Of a stretch of 64,000 nucleotides of DNA, positions 7,513 to 16,342 are shown one piece after another (position 1 is the stretch's first letter; each line of letters starts with the position of its first letter). The position numbers were made by a program, and so were the translations under genes. Origin of the DNA: a virus (lineage: Duplodnaviria; Caudoviricetes); the IMG/VR virus record IMGVR_UViG_3300050491_000011, one strand, 5' to 3'. The notes under the pieces are model-generated. The model did no database searches. It saw nothing but the letters and a program-made list of their open reading frames with translations, and was not told the origin of the DNA.

Positions 7513-9945
7513 ATGCAGTTCCTGTACATCGAATTAGTTAACTGTAACCGTACCGCGCTCAACGGAAAGAAGTCCATCAAGATTACACCTGAGACTAAAA
7601 CTCAGATGATCCTGGGCACTAACGGCAGCGGTAAGTCCAGTCTTATTGGAATCGGCTTCTCCCCACTCCCTCCTGATCCGGATGACTTCGATAAGGACGG
7701 ATACTGGTGCGCCAAGTTTATCCACAAAGGCCACACGTATAAATGCGAGGCGTGGTACTCGGATAAGAATTCCTATTCATTCATAGTAGACGGTGGTGAG
7801 AACCTTAACAAAGGCAGAACTATCACCGCTCAACTTGAACTGGTCAAGATCTACACTGGCTACACTCGTGACCTACATGCGCTTCTGACCGGCGAGATTC
7901 GTTTCACTACAATGAACGCACTTCAACGCCAACAGTGGATCAGCCGTTTCGCTACAGCTGACTTCACTTACGCCTTCGCCAAGTATAAAGAATGGCGTGG
8001 CATGCTGAGTAAGGCGAACAACATCGTTGACTGGGTGAGCGATCACTTGGTTGAGGCTAAGTCCCGTTTGATGGACCCCGACGATGTGGCTGAGATGCGC
8101 AAGAAGGCTGATGAGTTACATGAGACTCTGGACACGTTGATGCGTGAACCTAAGTCCGGCATTGGCGCTTTGAATGAGTTCGAGCTGCAAGACCTCATCC
8201 GTCGTACTGATCAAGAGATCTGTCTGCTGTTGATGGAAGAGTATCCTGAGATTGCCAACATGCGCAGTCAAGCGGATATGGACTTCACGTTGGCTGAGGT
8301 CGATATGATCTTCAACCAATACACCGGTGAGATGAAGGTCCACGGTGAGCGGTTGTCTGAACTGGAAACGATGAAGGTCAAAGCTCAACAGATGTTGAAG
8401 GTAGATCCTAACCTCTTGCAGGGTGAGATCGATCAACTGAAGCAAGACCTCAATTCGTTGCCTGCATTGGTTACCGGTATCCACGACAGTCTGTTGATTC
8501 CTGCTTCCGATGTGATCACCGAACTTCGAATGGGTACGGCTGCACTTCCACCTGAGCGTAAGACTCTGGGTGATGTGATGGCTATCTCCGAAGTCATCAT
8601 GTTCAAGCGGATGAAGCATAACCAATTCGGTGGGGCACTCGACGACATCCAGCGTCAGATCGAACACATCCACAAATGTGAATCGGTTATCTGCCCAAGC
8701 TGTACTCATGCGTTTAAGCCGGGCGTTGATCCGGGTGCGCTTGAAGAGTTGGAGGTGCGCCTGAATAAAGGCGAGGAACTGACTAAAGGCCTTGATGTTG
8801 AACTGGAAGAACTGACTAACAAACTTGATGAAGTCTCCGATGTCGCCAATGCTTACGAGCATATGGAAGATCTCAGGAAGAAGTATCAGGGTCGTTATCA
8901 GGGTTTGTTCTCGTACCTTGACCAGAAGGGTTGGACTTCGATTGGCCGTGGTCTCTCAGCAGCTTATGCTGCGTATGAGCGTGATGTTCACAACGCCGGT
9001 CTTCGCCGTAAAGCGCAAGAACGTCTTGACATCGTAATGGATGCCATTAGCCGGTTCAACCAAGAAGGCGGCGAGATGTCCGCAGTCATGGAGAACTACT
9101 TCAAGGCTAAGGCTGCGTACGAAGCTGCATTCAACAACGTGAGTGTTGCTCGTGAAGACAAAGCCAACATGGTTCGTCTGAGTCGTGGGATGCAAGACTA
9201 CGAGCGTCGTTACAACCAAGCTGAAGCGATGTACGAGACTCTTCGTGTTGAGCTGATTCGTTTCTGCAACAACCAAGGTGATCTTCTGATTGAAGATCTC
9301 ATCAAGAAGACCAAGACGTCTATCGGTATTCATGAGAACGCTTTGGCTGAACAAGATGCTCACGAGACTCTGGTAAAGGATCTCGAGAACCAACTTGTGG
9401 CAGCAGCTACTCAACAAGCAGCGATGAAGAAGCTGGTCGATGCGATGTGTCCAAAGAAAGGTCTGCTGGCGGAACAGATCACTCACCAGATGCTCACGGT
9501 GATCAACGTCGTCAACAAGATCATTCAACGAGTGTGGGAATACCCGCTCATCGTTTCGCCGAGTAATGTCGATGAAGAGAAGGGGATTGATTACAAGTTC
9601 CCACTCACAGTCGATACCAAACGTCGTAGCGATGTCATCAAAGGTAATGGCTCTTCCAAGGACATTGTCGATCAGGCTTTCAGGCTGGCAGGTTACGCTT
9701 GCATGAACTTGACTGACTACCCGCTATATTTGGACGAACTGGGTTCTTCCTTCGATGAGACCCACCAGTACAAGTTGCTTCCGTTGATTAAGGAATTGGC
9801 TGACGATCCACGGTTCTCTCAGATCTTGATCATTAGCCACGCTCTGATCAGTCAGACAGCGTTCCCTAGTTCGCAGACGATCATCCTCGACAACCGTAAC
9901 ATCAACTACCCTCACGCTTACAACGAACATGTGGAGTTTGCCTAA
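7513..9945 (+). CDS. sbcC: SbcC/Rad50-like SMC ATPase
   Basis: 810 aa with Walker A GTNGSGKSS, coiled coils, central Zn-hook CPSC, Walker B LYLDELGSSFD and H-switch ILIISH. Confidence 0.93.
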   Translation: MQFLYIELVNCNRTALNGKKSIKITPETKTQMILGTNGSGKSSLIGIGFSPLPPDPDDFDKDGYWCAKFIHKGHTYKCEAWYSDKNSYSFIVDGGENLNKGRTITAQLELVKIYTGYTRDLHALLTGEIRFTTMNALQRQQWISRFATADFTYAFAKYKEWRGMLSKANNIVDWVSDHLVEAKSRLMDPDDVAEMRKKADELHETLDTLMREPKSGIGALNEFELQDLIRRTDQEICLLLMEEYPEIANMRSQADMDFTLAEVDMIFNQYTGEMKVHGERLSELETMKVKAQQMLKVDPNLLQGEIDQLKQDLNSLPALVTGIHDSLLIPASDVITELRMGTAALPPERKTLGDVMAISEVIMFKRMKHNQFGGALDDIQRQIEHIHKCESVICPSCTHAFKPGVDPGALEELEVRLNKGEELTKGLDVELEELTNKLDEVSDVANAYEHMEDLRKKYQGRYQGLFSYLDQKGWTSIGRGLSAAYAAYERDVHNAGLRRKAQERLDIVMDAISRFNQEGGEMSAVMENYFKAKAAYEAAFNNVSVAREDKANMVRLSRGMQDYERRYNQAEAMYETLRVELIRFCNNQGDLLIEDLIKKTKTSIGIHENALAEQDAHETLVKDLENQLVAAATQQAAMKKLVDAMCPKKGLLAEQITHQMLTVINVVNKIIQRVWEYPLIVSPSNVDEEKGIDYKFPLTVDTKRRSDVIKGNGSSKDIVDQAFRLAGYACMNLTDYPLYLDELGSSFDETHQYKLLPLIKELADDPRFSQILIISHALISQTAFPSSQTIILDNRNINYPHAYNEHVEFA

Positions 9946-10130
9946 TGGTAATCGGTATCTTCTCGTTGATCTGTTTCATCGGCTTAATGTGTTTCTTCTG
10001 GCGCTTAAGCGGTGAAAAGAAGTTCTTTACCAAATTGTGTGTGACGGGAGGACTCAGCTTGGTCCTCACTGTTCTCTGTGCGTTTGGCGCAGCAAAAGAA
10101 CTGGCGTCGCTGAAGTTCCTTTTCAGTTGA
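9945..10130 (+). CDS. Small membrane protein
   Basis: 61 aa with two hydrophobic segments. The start overlaps the sbcC stop (TAATG). Confidence 0.55.
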   Translation: MVIGIFSLICFIGLMCFFWRLSGEKKFFTKLCVTGGLSLVLTVLCAFGAAKELASLKFLFS

Positions 10131-10154
10131 TGCCCGCAATGGAGTGAATGACTC

Positions 10155-10400
10155 ATGGACAAAAATCCAGAAGGTTACATCGGCGAAGCGTTGGTAACGG
10201 GTTTCGGTATTAACGAGATCCACATTCGCCTAAGTTACGGAAGAACTCGCTTGCGGGTTCCTTACAAGACTGAAGAAGCATTGTGGGAGAAGTATCAAGT
10301 TGATGACGTGGTGCATGTCTACCTCACTGCCGGTGATGGATGTGCTGAACTCCGCTTGAAGTCCCCACCGCCTCCGGCTGCATTTCCTCCAGAGATGTAA
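10155..10400 (+). CDS. Hypothetical protein
   Basis: 81 aa with GGAG RBS, ending just before the hairpin element. Confidence 0.6.
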   Translation: MDKNPEGYIGEALVTGFGINEIHIRLSYGRTRLRVPYKTEEALWEKYQVDDVVHVYLTAGDGCAELRLKSPPPPAAFPPEM

Positions 10401-10403
10401 ACA

Positions 10404-10435
10404 GCATAAAGCCCGGCCTTGAGCCGGGCCTTATG
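10404..10435. terminator. Bidirectional CATAA-hairpin-TATG element
   Basis: gcataaa-gcccggc-cttga-gccgggc-cttatg between convergent genes. The arms are identical to the 57324 element. Confidence 0.75.
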
Positions 10436-10442
10436 TTTGTCA

Positions 10443-11087
10443 TCAGCCGCCTGGAGCTGAACCTTCAAGATCTTTGATACGATCGTTGAGCGCTTCGATG
10501 GTTGCGATCATTGTTGCTTGTGCCGTTTTATAGGCTTCGATCTGCGCCATCAATACGAGGTTCTCAGCGTACGGAGTGGTACGAATAGCGATAGCCGCCG
10601 AACGTGCCGCAGCGTCAGCCACAGCTTGCTCTTGGGTTACCGCATCAGTAGTTGGGATCGTGGCAACAGACACGGTACTCTCAACACCGATGTAATCCGA
10701 CACCGCTTGCTTCACAGATTGCGTCAGACGGGTAAGGTCGTAGCTATCCGGCAAGATACCGAGATCAACAGTCGCAACCATCCAACTGTGAGGAACGACA
10801 CCCATGTTCGGATACGAATCAATGTAAGTATCCGGAACGTAGATCGCTTTCTCACTATCAGACATCAGCGTGATGATCGCAGCGCCAGCCGCGACGTCAG
10901 TCTGATAATCAGCCTCGACCAAGCTTACAGGATCGTAGACCAGTTTCATCGGATCTACGCCGCGATTGATAAGGTCCTCGAAAGAACGCTCACCAGTGAC
11001 GCGGTAGACGACCGTTGCTTTGGCGTTGAAGGGTGCTCGTAATACGAACAGACCTCTCGCACCTAACGGCGGAGTGATTCTAGCCAT
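10443..11087 (-). CDS. Probable virion structural protein
   Basis: 214 aa ending in a coiled coil, co-transcribed with the 443-aa gene. Assigned by phiKZ-like synteny. Confidence 0.5.
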   Translation of the reverse strand: MARITPPLGARGLFVLRAPFNAKATVVYRVTGERSFEDLINRGVDPMKLVYDPVSLVEADYQTDVAAGAAIITLMSDSEKAIYVPDTYIDSYPNMGVVPHSWMVATVDLGILPDSYDLTRLTQSVKQAVSDYIGVESTVSVATIPTTDAVTQEQAVADAAARSAAIAIRTTPYAENLVLMAQIEAYKTAQATMIATIEALNDRIKDLEGSAPGG

Positions 11088-11098
11088 ACGTCAATACC

Positions 11099-12430
11099 TC
11101 ATGGAGTGACTGGAATAGTCGCTTGAGCGATATCGACACTGTACTTGGTAACAACCAGATACAGGAACTTGTTGAAGCTCTTGGCGATATAAACCACGTC
11201 ATCACGAATCAGACGGTTGAAGCCAGTCGGAACGCCGGAGTCACGCGTCATCTCTTCAGCGTGCATCAGCATCTCAGCAAGCATCATGCAGAACTGGCGA
11301 GTTTCCTCTTTCATCTGCATGAAGTCTACGTGAGTAGTCGGCACGTTGATGTAGTCAGGATAACGCTCGATGAACTGATCGATACCATTACGGTTCTCAG
11401 GCCCACCGACCACAGCCAGCATAACGGAGCGGAACTGCGAAGGAACGATGTTCAACACCTTGTCGATGTGAGCATCAGTGTACTTCACGCCCTTGCAGGT
11501 CTTGTGACAGATCTTCATCGACTGCTGTACGCCAGCGATGCCGGCCCAGATGCCGGTTTGACGAACTTCCTGTGGTACAGCCCAGTTCATGTAGAGCGGA
11601 GTCGCGATGAACTCAGTCGACGTAAAAAGGTCAGGGAAGATCGTTGCCCAATCGTCACGGTCATGTTCGGAGTTATCGAGGATGTAATCCCGGATAGCTT
11701 CCTTGACGGCGTCGAGGTTGTCGCCAGCCGGGCCGTAGATCACTGTCACCCAGTTGGTGTCGATGGTCTTGGTCTTGTCGGTTGGGTCAGTCCAGGCAAA
11801 CACGTCGTTTCGCATTACCGTTTCAGGGAAGACGCCCTTAGCGATATTCATGCGGTTGAAGATGTCGGACTGCTGGATCGCCTGCACCATGGTCAGTACG
11901 GCGTCGTAGTCGTCGAAGAACGAATCGAGCGCCACAACCGGAGGAACCGGCAGGATGGTGAACTCGTCGTACTGGTTGTAGAACGACTCATCAGCGAACC
12001 AGATCCGCCAGCTTGTAGTAGCCGACTGATTCAGTGGTGCGATGTTGATGTATTCAGGGCAGAAGTAATTGCCGAATGCCGTTTGAATACCGGAATCGAT
12101 CAGGTCGAACTGAGTGCCGAACCGTGTGATGAAGGCTTGAGTGAAGCTATCCTTCTCTTCAGTAAAGGTCCCAAGCTTGGCCTGAGTGTAGATCCAGTTG
12201 ATCGCTGTCAAGCACTGGAATGCGATGGCGTCCGTTACTACGGTCGGCACATCGTTGACTTTGTAGGAGAACCCTACGAGCGTTTCAGCACCGAAGTCGG
12301 AGAAGGAATGCCACGTCTTTTCACGGGCAGCTGTTTTGGATCTGTCAGCCAGCTCGCCAATCGGTGAGACCACGCCAAGCGTGTTGTCTACCAACGATCC
12401 GATCTGGGCAAACGCCTTGAAAATATTCAC
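11099..12430 (-). CDS. Virion structural protein (phiKZ gp157-like by synteny)
   Basis: 443 aa with GAGGT RBS, positioned between SbcC and RNase H as in phiKZ-like phages. Confidence 0.55.
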   Translation of the reverse strand: MNIFKAFAQIGSLVDNTLGVVSPIGELADRSKTAAREKTWHSFSDFGAETLVGFSYKVNDVPTVVTDAIAFQCLTAINWIYTQAKLGTFTEEKDSFTQAFITRFGTQFDLIDSGIQTAFGNYFCPEYINIAPLNQSATTSWRIWFADESFYNQYDEFTILPVPPVVALDSFFDDYDAVLTMVQAIQQSDIFNRMNIAKGVFPETVMRNDVFAWTDPTDKTKTIDTNWVTVIYGPAGDNLDAVKEAIRDYILDNSEHDRDDWATIFPDLFTSTEFIATPLYMNWAVPQEVRQTGIWAGIAGVQQSMKICHKTCKGVKYTDAHIDKVLNIVPSQFRSVMLAVVGGPENRNGIDQFIERYPDYINVPTTHVDFMQMKEETRQFCMMLAEMLMHAEEMTRDSGVPTGFNRLIRDDVVYIAKSFNKFLYLVVTKYSVDIAQATIPVTP

Positions 12431-12542
12431 TGTTAATACCTCGGTTTGCGAGCGGCGAAAGGTATGACCGTAAGTGATGTAAAAACTTACACCATGTAGC
12501 CTGGAACTATATTATTTTTCAAGAACTTTAGGGGACTATGTA

Positions 12543-12965
12543 GTGGCACTCTCGACCCTGCTACTTTTGCTAAAGTCCTTATTTCCTTTCCTGAAAGAAA
12601 TTCTTCTGCGAGATAAGACTTTAAAGGCATTCGTCGGCGATAACAAGACGGCTACATTCTTGTTGTCTATCTTAGTCTTGGTGTTCATCCTGTTCCTAGC
12701 CGTCGTCGATGTCTTATCCGTGAAGAATAAAGAACTCGAAGCGATGAAAGAGTCAGGTGCTTTCACCACACCGCATCTGGAGGATGCGAACAAACGGATC
12801 AAGGAGCTCGAAGATCAACTTAAACTCTGCCGACCGGTGCAGCCTGATCCCAGTCAGGGTAATCACCATCCATCCACCAACGCCTCGAGCGAAGGCAAGA
12901 AGGGTAAGTCCCTAAAGGACTACGCCTCGTCGCGTCTGAAGAGTCTCGATGATAACGGTAAATAA
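12543..12965 (+). CDS. Candidate inner-membrane spanin (i-spanin)
   Basis: 140 aa with a TM helix (FLLSILVLVFILFLAVVDVL) followed by a coiled coil (LEDANKRIKELEDQL). It directly precedes a lipoprotein gene. Confidence 0.6.
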   Translation: MALSTLLLLLKSLFPFLKEILLRDKTLKAFVGDNKTATFLLSILVLVFILFLAVVDVLSVKNKELEAMKESGAFTTPHLEDANKRIKELEDQLKLCRPVQPDPSQGNHHPSTNASSEGKKGKSLKDYASSRLKSLDDNGK

Positions 12966-12967
12966 CC

Positions 12968-13345
12968 ATGTTGAAATTACGTTTAAATATGCGTCTGATG
13001 ATGCAACTTCCATTGCTACTCTTGGGATCATGCACACCGGTGATTCCAAGTACATCGATCGTCATTTATACGGTTGAGGCCCCTGCGCCTCAACCACAAC
13101 ACAAATCTCAGCCTGTACAAAAGAAGAAGGTCCGCAAGGTTACGGACAATGCTGAGAAATGTGAACGCATGGAGCTGGCTGTTATCGAGACATACAAGAT
13201 CCCTGACCTGCCGGATCTGAGTAACCTCTCGCCCGACGATGACCCAGCCGTAGTGGATGCACTGTACGAACACATCAAGCTATTACGAGGTGAGCTTAAG
13301 CGCGTAATGGCTGATTACAAATGTACGGTAAGTAGTACTCTCTGA
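12968..13345 (+). CDS. Candidate outer-membrane lipoprotein spanin (o-spanin)
   Basis: 125 aa with a signal peptide and lipobox LLGS-C, a Pro-rich linker and a helical C-terminus. Confidence 0.6.
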   Translation: MLKLRLNMRLMMQLPLLLLGSCTPVIPSTSIVIYTVEAPAPQPQHKSQPVQKKKVRKVTDNAEKCERMELAVIETYKIPDLPDLSNLSPDDDPAVVDALYEHIKLLRGELKRVMADYKCTVSSTL

Positions 13346-13409
13346 GTGGTTGATTCAAAAGATACAAACCTGACCAATACTCTAGGCGTACCTCTTAAGG
13401 AATTCAAGA

Positions 13410-14897
13410 ATGGCTGATACACCAGTAGCGACTGGAGCGGTCCTATATACTGACGGCGGGTTTCTGGCCGAGAAGCGTATTGGCGGATGGGGTGTTCACG
13501 GTTACACCTTCATCGACGAGGCTCCAAAGAAAGGCACGGGCAATCCTAAAGCCGTTCCTTCTGACAAAGGTTATCTCGGTGAGAACATCGTGGGTAACAA
13601 GGTCACTCCGATCGAGTACATCGATCTGATCGGTGGTCGCCGGGATTACGGCAGCAACAACGAAGTAGAACTTGAAGCGATGTATCGTGCATTGCTGTGG
13701 CTTCAAGAGAATCCTGAGATCGTCAAAGCTGTACTGCTCAGCGATTCGATGTTCGTTGTGAAGGGTACTGACTTCCTGCCGTCATGGGCAGAGGGTGGTA
13801 AATGGCTTAACAAGAAGGGCGGTCCGATCAAGTATCGCCCTCTTTGGGAAAAGTACAAAACGGTCTGGGATGACCTGAAGTCAAAGATCACCATTGAGAT
13901 GAACCACGTCAAGGCTCACAATGGTGAAATGGGCAACACCATCGCTGACTCCCACGCAGGGAGAGGTCTGGTGTTAGGAACGAAGAAAGACGATACGATC
14001 ATCCGCGATCGTAAAGTCGCGCAAGGTTATTGGGGCAACAAGAACGTCATCCCGCGTATTCTCCAAGCCCCTCGCTGGTATTTCGCAACAAACGATCTCC
14101 AGTACAAACGTCCGGACGGCACAACTGTCTACTACGTCGGTTCTCATGGCACTAAAGATAAGGAAGACGAACTGTACGGTAAACCGTACGCTGACAACTT
14201 CCTTGGCGTGGTACGGGTCAAAGAACCCGATCCAGTAATGGAAACTTTGCGTCTCACAGCTATTGCAAAAGATGCCAAGCAGTACGGCGCTATTGTGATT
14301 GCACACTTGGACGCGATCTTCTCTCCCAAGACGTACAAAGAGCTTTCTGACTACAACACCACCTTCCTGTACCCGTCCAAGAAAGGCGTCGACTTGCTCG
14401 ATTCCAAGGACGTTCCAGTGTTGGTGGAGATGCGGCCAGCAGGCTTAGGTTTCAGGGGTGTGCAGTCTTGGGACGGCATGAGCAGGGTTCTGGATGGGGT
14501 CCTTGAAGGTGACGATTACTACGTCCTCACCGACATTACTGACCTACTCTATGAGGAGAAGGGCGATAAGAAAGTCGTCCGGAAACTCAAGCCGAGTATT
14601 TCCCAAATTGTCAAATACCTCGATGTTGGGGTGACATTCAACTTGGAGAAAGCGAAGGATGAACCCAAACCGTTCATCGGTAAAGTGCGTTTGGTCTTGG
14701 GTGGCGATATACTGACACGGAACCAGTTGGCGGCTCTGGCAGAGGACGTTAAGTCCGTTAAAGTAGTGTGCTGGAGGGAATCTGATAACGTAGGACGTTA
14801 CGCTACCATGGTAGAGCTGTTGTCTGGTGATGTCGGCATTTGGGCACGGACAGCATCAAACATCTACTATCACACGATCAAGCAGAAGACTAACTGA
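13410..14897 (+). CDS. rnh: RNase HI with long C-terminal extension (phiKZ gp155-like)
   Basis: Catalytic motifs LYTDGG, SNNEVELEA, LSDSMFV and HVKAHNGEMGNTIAD. Confidence 0.92.
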   Translation: MADTPVATGAVLYTDGGFLAEKRIGGWGVHGYTFIDEAPKKGTGNPKAVPSDKGYLGENIVGNKVTPIEYIDLIGGRRDYGSNNEVELEAMYRALLWLQENPEIVKAVLLSDSMFVVKGTDFLPSWAEGGKWLNKKGGPIKYRPLWEKYKTVWDDLKSKITIEMNHVKAHNGEMGNTIADSHAGRGLVLGTKKDDTIIRDRKVAQGYWGNKNVIPRILQAPRWYFATNDLQYKRPDGTTVYYVGSHGTKDKEDELYGKPYADNFLGVVRVKEPDPVMETLRLTAIAKDAKQYGAIVIAHLDAIFSPKTYKELSDYNTTFLYPSKKGVDLLDSKDVPVLVEMRPAGLGFRGVQSWDGMSRVLDGVLEGDDYYVLTDITDLLYEEKGDKKVVRKLKPSISQIVKYLDVGVTFNLEKAKDEPKPFIGKVRLVLGGDILTRNQLAALAEDVKSVKVVCWRESDNVGRYATMVELLSGDVGIWARTASNIYYHTIKQKTN

Positions 14898-14914
14898 TCG
14901 TAGAGGTCTCACTA

Positions 14915-15331
14915 ATGAACGTCTCAAGACTGGCATCGGATCAATATCCGGTAGTGGTAAAACATCATCCAGTCAATGATGGTGAACTAAATCCAAAGCA
15001 CAGCATAAAGCGATTTATCTTTGTTACATCGCTGTGGTGTTGGATGAATCATATCGACAACCCCACCGCTTCTGCGATGGACGAGTTGAATGAGCGGTTC
15101 AAGTTAGTAATGAGGTCGAAAGCGTTATTGTTCCCTGCGGCCATGAGCAAGATGGTCTGGGGTAAGATCGACCTCGCGACCATTCACACTCGCTACAAAC
15201 AACGGAAGATTCGTATTGAAGATGCAGTTTCTGAACTGATGCGTTGCGCTCCCTCTTGGGTGCGGTACGATAGTGACGAGTTGCTCCTTCGAGACGTTGA
15301 GGCGATCTTCCGGAGCGTCAAAACGGTGTGA
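14915..15331 (+). CDS. Hypothetical protein
   Basis: 138 aa with AGAGG RBS, co-transcribed with RNase H. Confidence 0.65.
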   Translation: MNVSRLASDQYPVVVKHHPVNDGELNPKHSIKRFIFVTSLWCWMNHIDNPTASAMDELNERFKLVMRSKALLFPAAMSKMVWGKIDLATIHTRYKQRKIRIEDAVSELMRCAPSWVRYDSDELLLRDVEAIFRSVKTV

Positions 15332-15335
15332 GCAG

Positions 15336-15375
15336 CACACACTCCCCAGCAGACAACTGCTGGGGAGTGTGTATG
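15336..15375. terminator. Long bidirectional hairpin ending in TATG
   Basis: acacactccccagcag-acaa-ctgctggggagtgtgt, a 16-bp perfect stem, then atgcc. It lies between convergent genes. Confidence 0.75.
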
Positions 15376-15378
15376 CCC

Positions 15379-16239
15379 TTATGACTTCAATGCGACGACA
15401 ATATCGTCACGAGCATTCGTCATTGCGCTGGTGAACTGTTCAGTCATATCGACCAATACAGCACCTGCGGTAACGGTAATACCGACCTGGTAGAACAGGT
15501 CAGACAGCTGGGAAGTAACGAGACCCGACATCTCATCGCCATCTTTGCCGTCCAGTTCCTTGCGCAGCTCTTGCACGAGGACGACCAGACGGTTGATCAG
15601 CTTCTGGATGTTGACGAAGTCTACCGCACCGACGTCAGCGTTCAGCTTGTTGATCAGGATGAAGGCTTCTTCGATGTCAGCGTTACGCTCAACTACTTTA
15701 CTGAGAGTAGTCTGGTTACGCCCGCCGTTCTGGAAGAAGGACTTGATCTTGTCGAAGTCCTCCTGAGGAATCAGCGCTAGGTTCTTCGCCAGATCACGAA
15801 TACCCGACTGTGCCTTCAAACGGTCCGGTTCATTGAGAGCAACCGCCAGTTTACTGTTGACCGCCTTGAGAGTGATCTCAGTGGTTTCAACAGCTGGGAG
15901 GATGGACTCGATCAGGAAGCGCAGGAAAGGCACCCACTCACCGCTGAAGCCCGGTGGAACGGCAACGTAGATACCGCGGGTCTTCTGGTAGTCTTTACCT
16001 ACCAGAGTTTCCTTCAGTTCTTCGATGTCGATCTTCTGCTTGACGTAGTTGCCAAGCTTCAGGCCGTTGCAGTACGTGGTGAAGTTTTCGATGTAGCTCT
16101 TGAACGTGGTCGCAAGACCGGACAGGAAGGCCAGAGCTTTCGACTCGGTGGACAGCATGCTGCCTTCTTCGATCAAGCTTGGAAGGGTGCTAGCAGATTC
16201 CGACGTGTAGTCAGCCAGCGTCTTGTTAACTTTCGACAT
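15379..16239 (-). CDS. Probable head protein with protease-processed propeptide (phiKZ gp153-like by synteny)
   Basis: 286 aa. The N-terminal acidic segment contains S-T-E|S, the S/A/G-X-E consensus of phiKZ-type prohead proteases. Divergent from uvsX. Confidence 0.55.
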   Translation of the reverse strand: MSKVNKTLADYTSESASTLPSLIEEGSMLSTESKALAFLSGLATTFKSYIENFTTYCNGLKLGNYVKQKIDIEELKETLVGKDYQKTRGIYVAVPPGFSGEWVPFLRFLIESILPAVETTEITLKAVNSKLAVALNEPDRLKAQSGIRDLAKNLALIPQEDFDKIKSFFQNGGRNQTTLSKVVERNADIEEAFILINKLNADVGAVDFVNIQKLINRLVVLVQELRKELDGKDGDEMSGLVTSQLSDLFYQVGITVTAGAVLVDMTEQFTSAMTNARDDIVVALKS

Positions 16240-16342
16240 GAGCAGATGCTCCCTCAGAGTGCAAAATTAGGTAAACCCATAGCAGAGTCTATTTATTTAC
16301 GCAACGTGTGTATGTTGTGTGAAATTATCAACGGAGCAAGAC

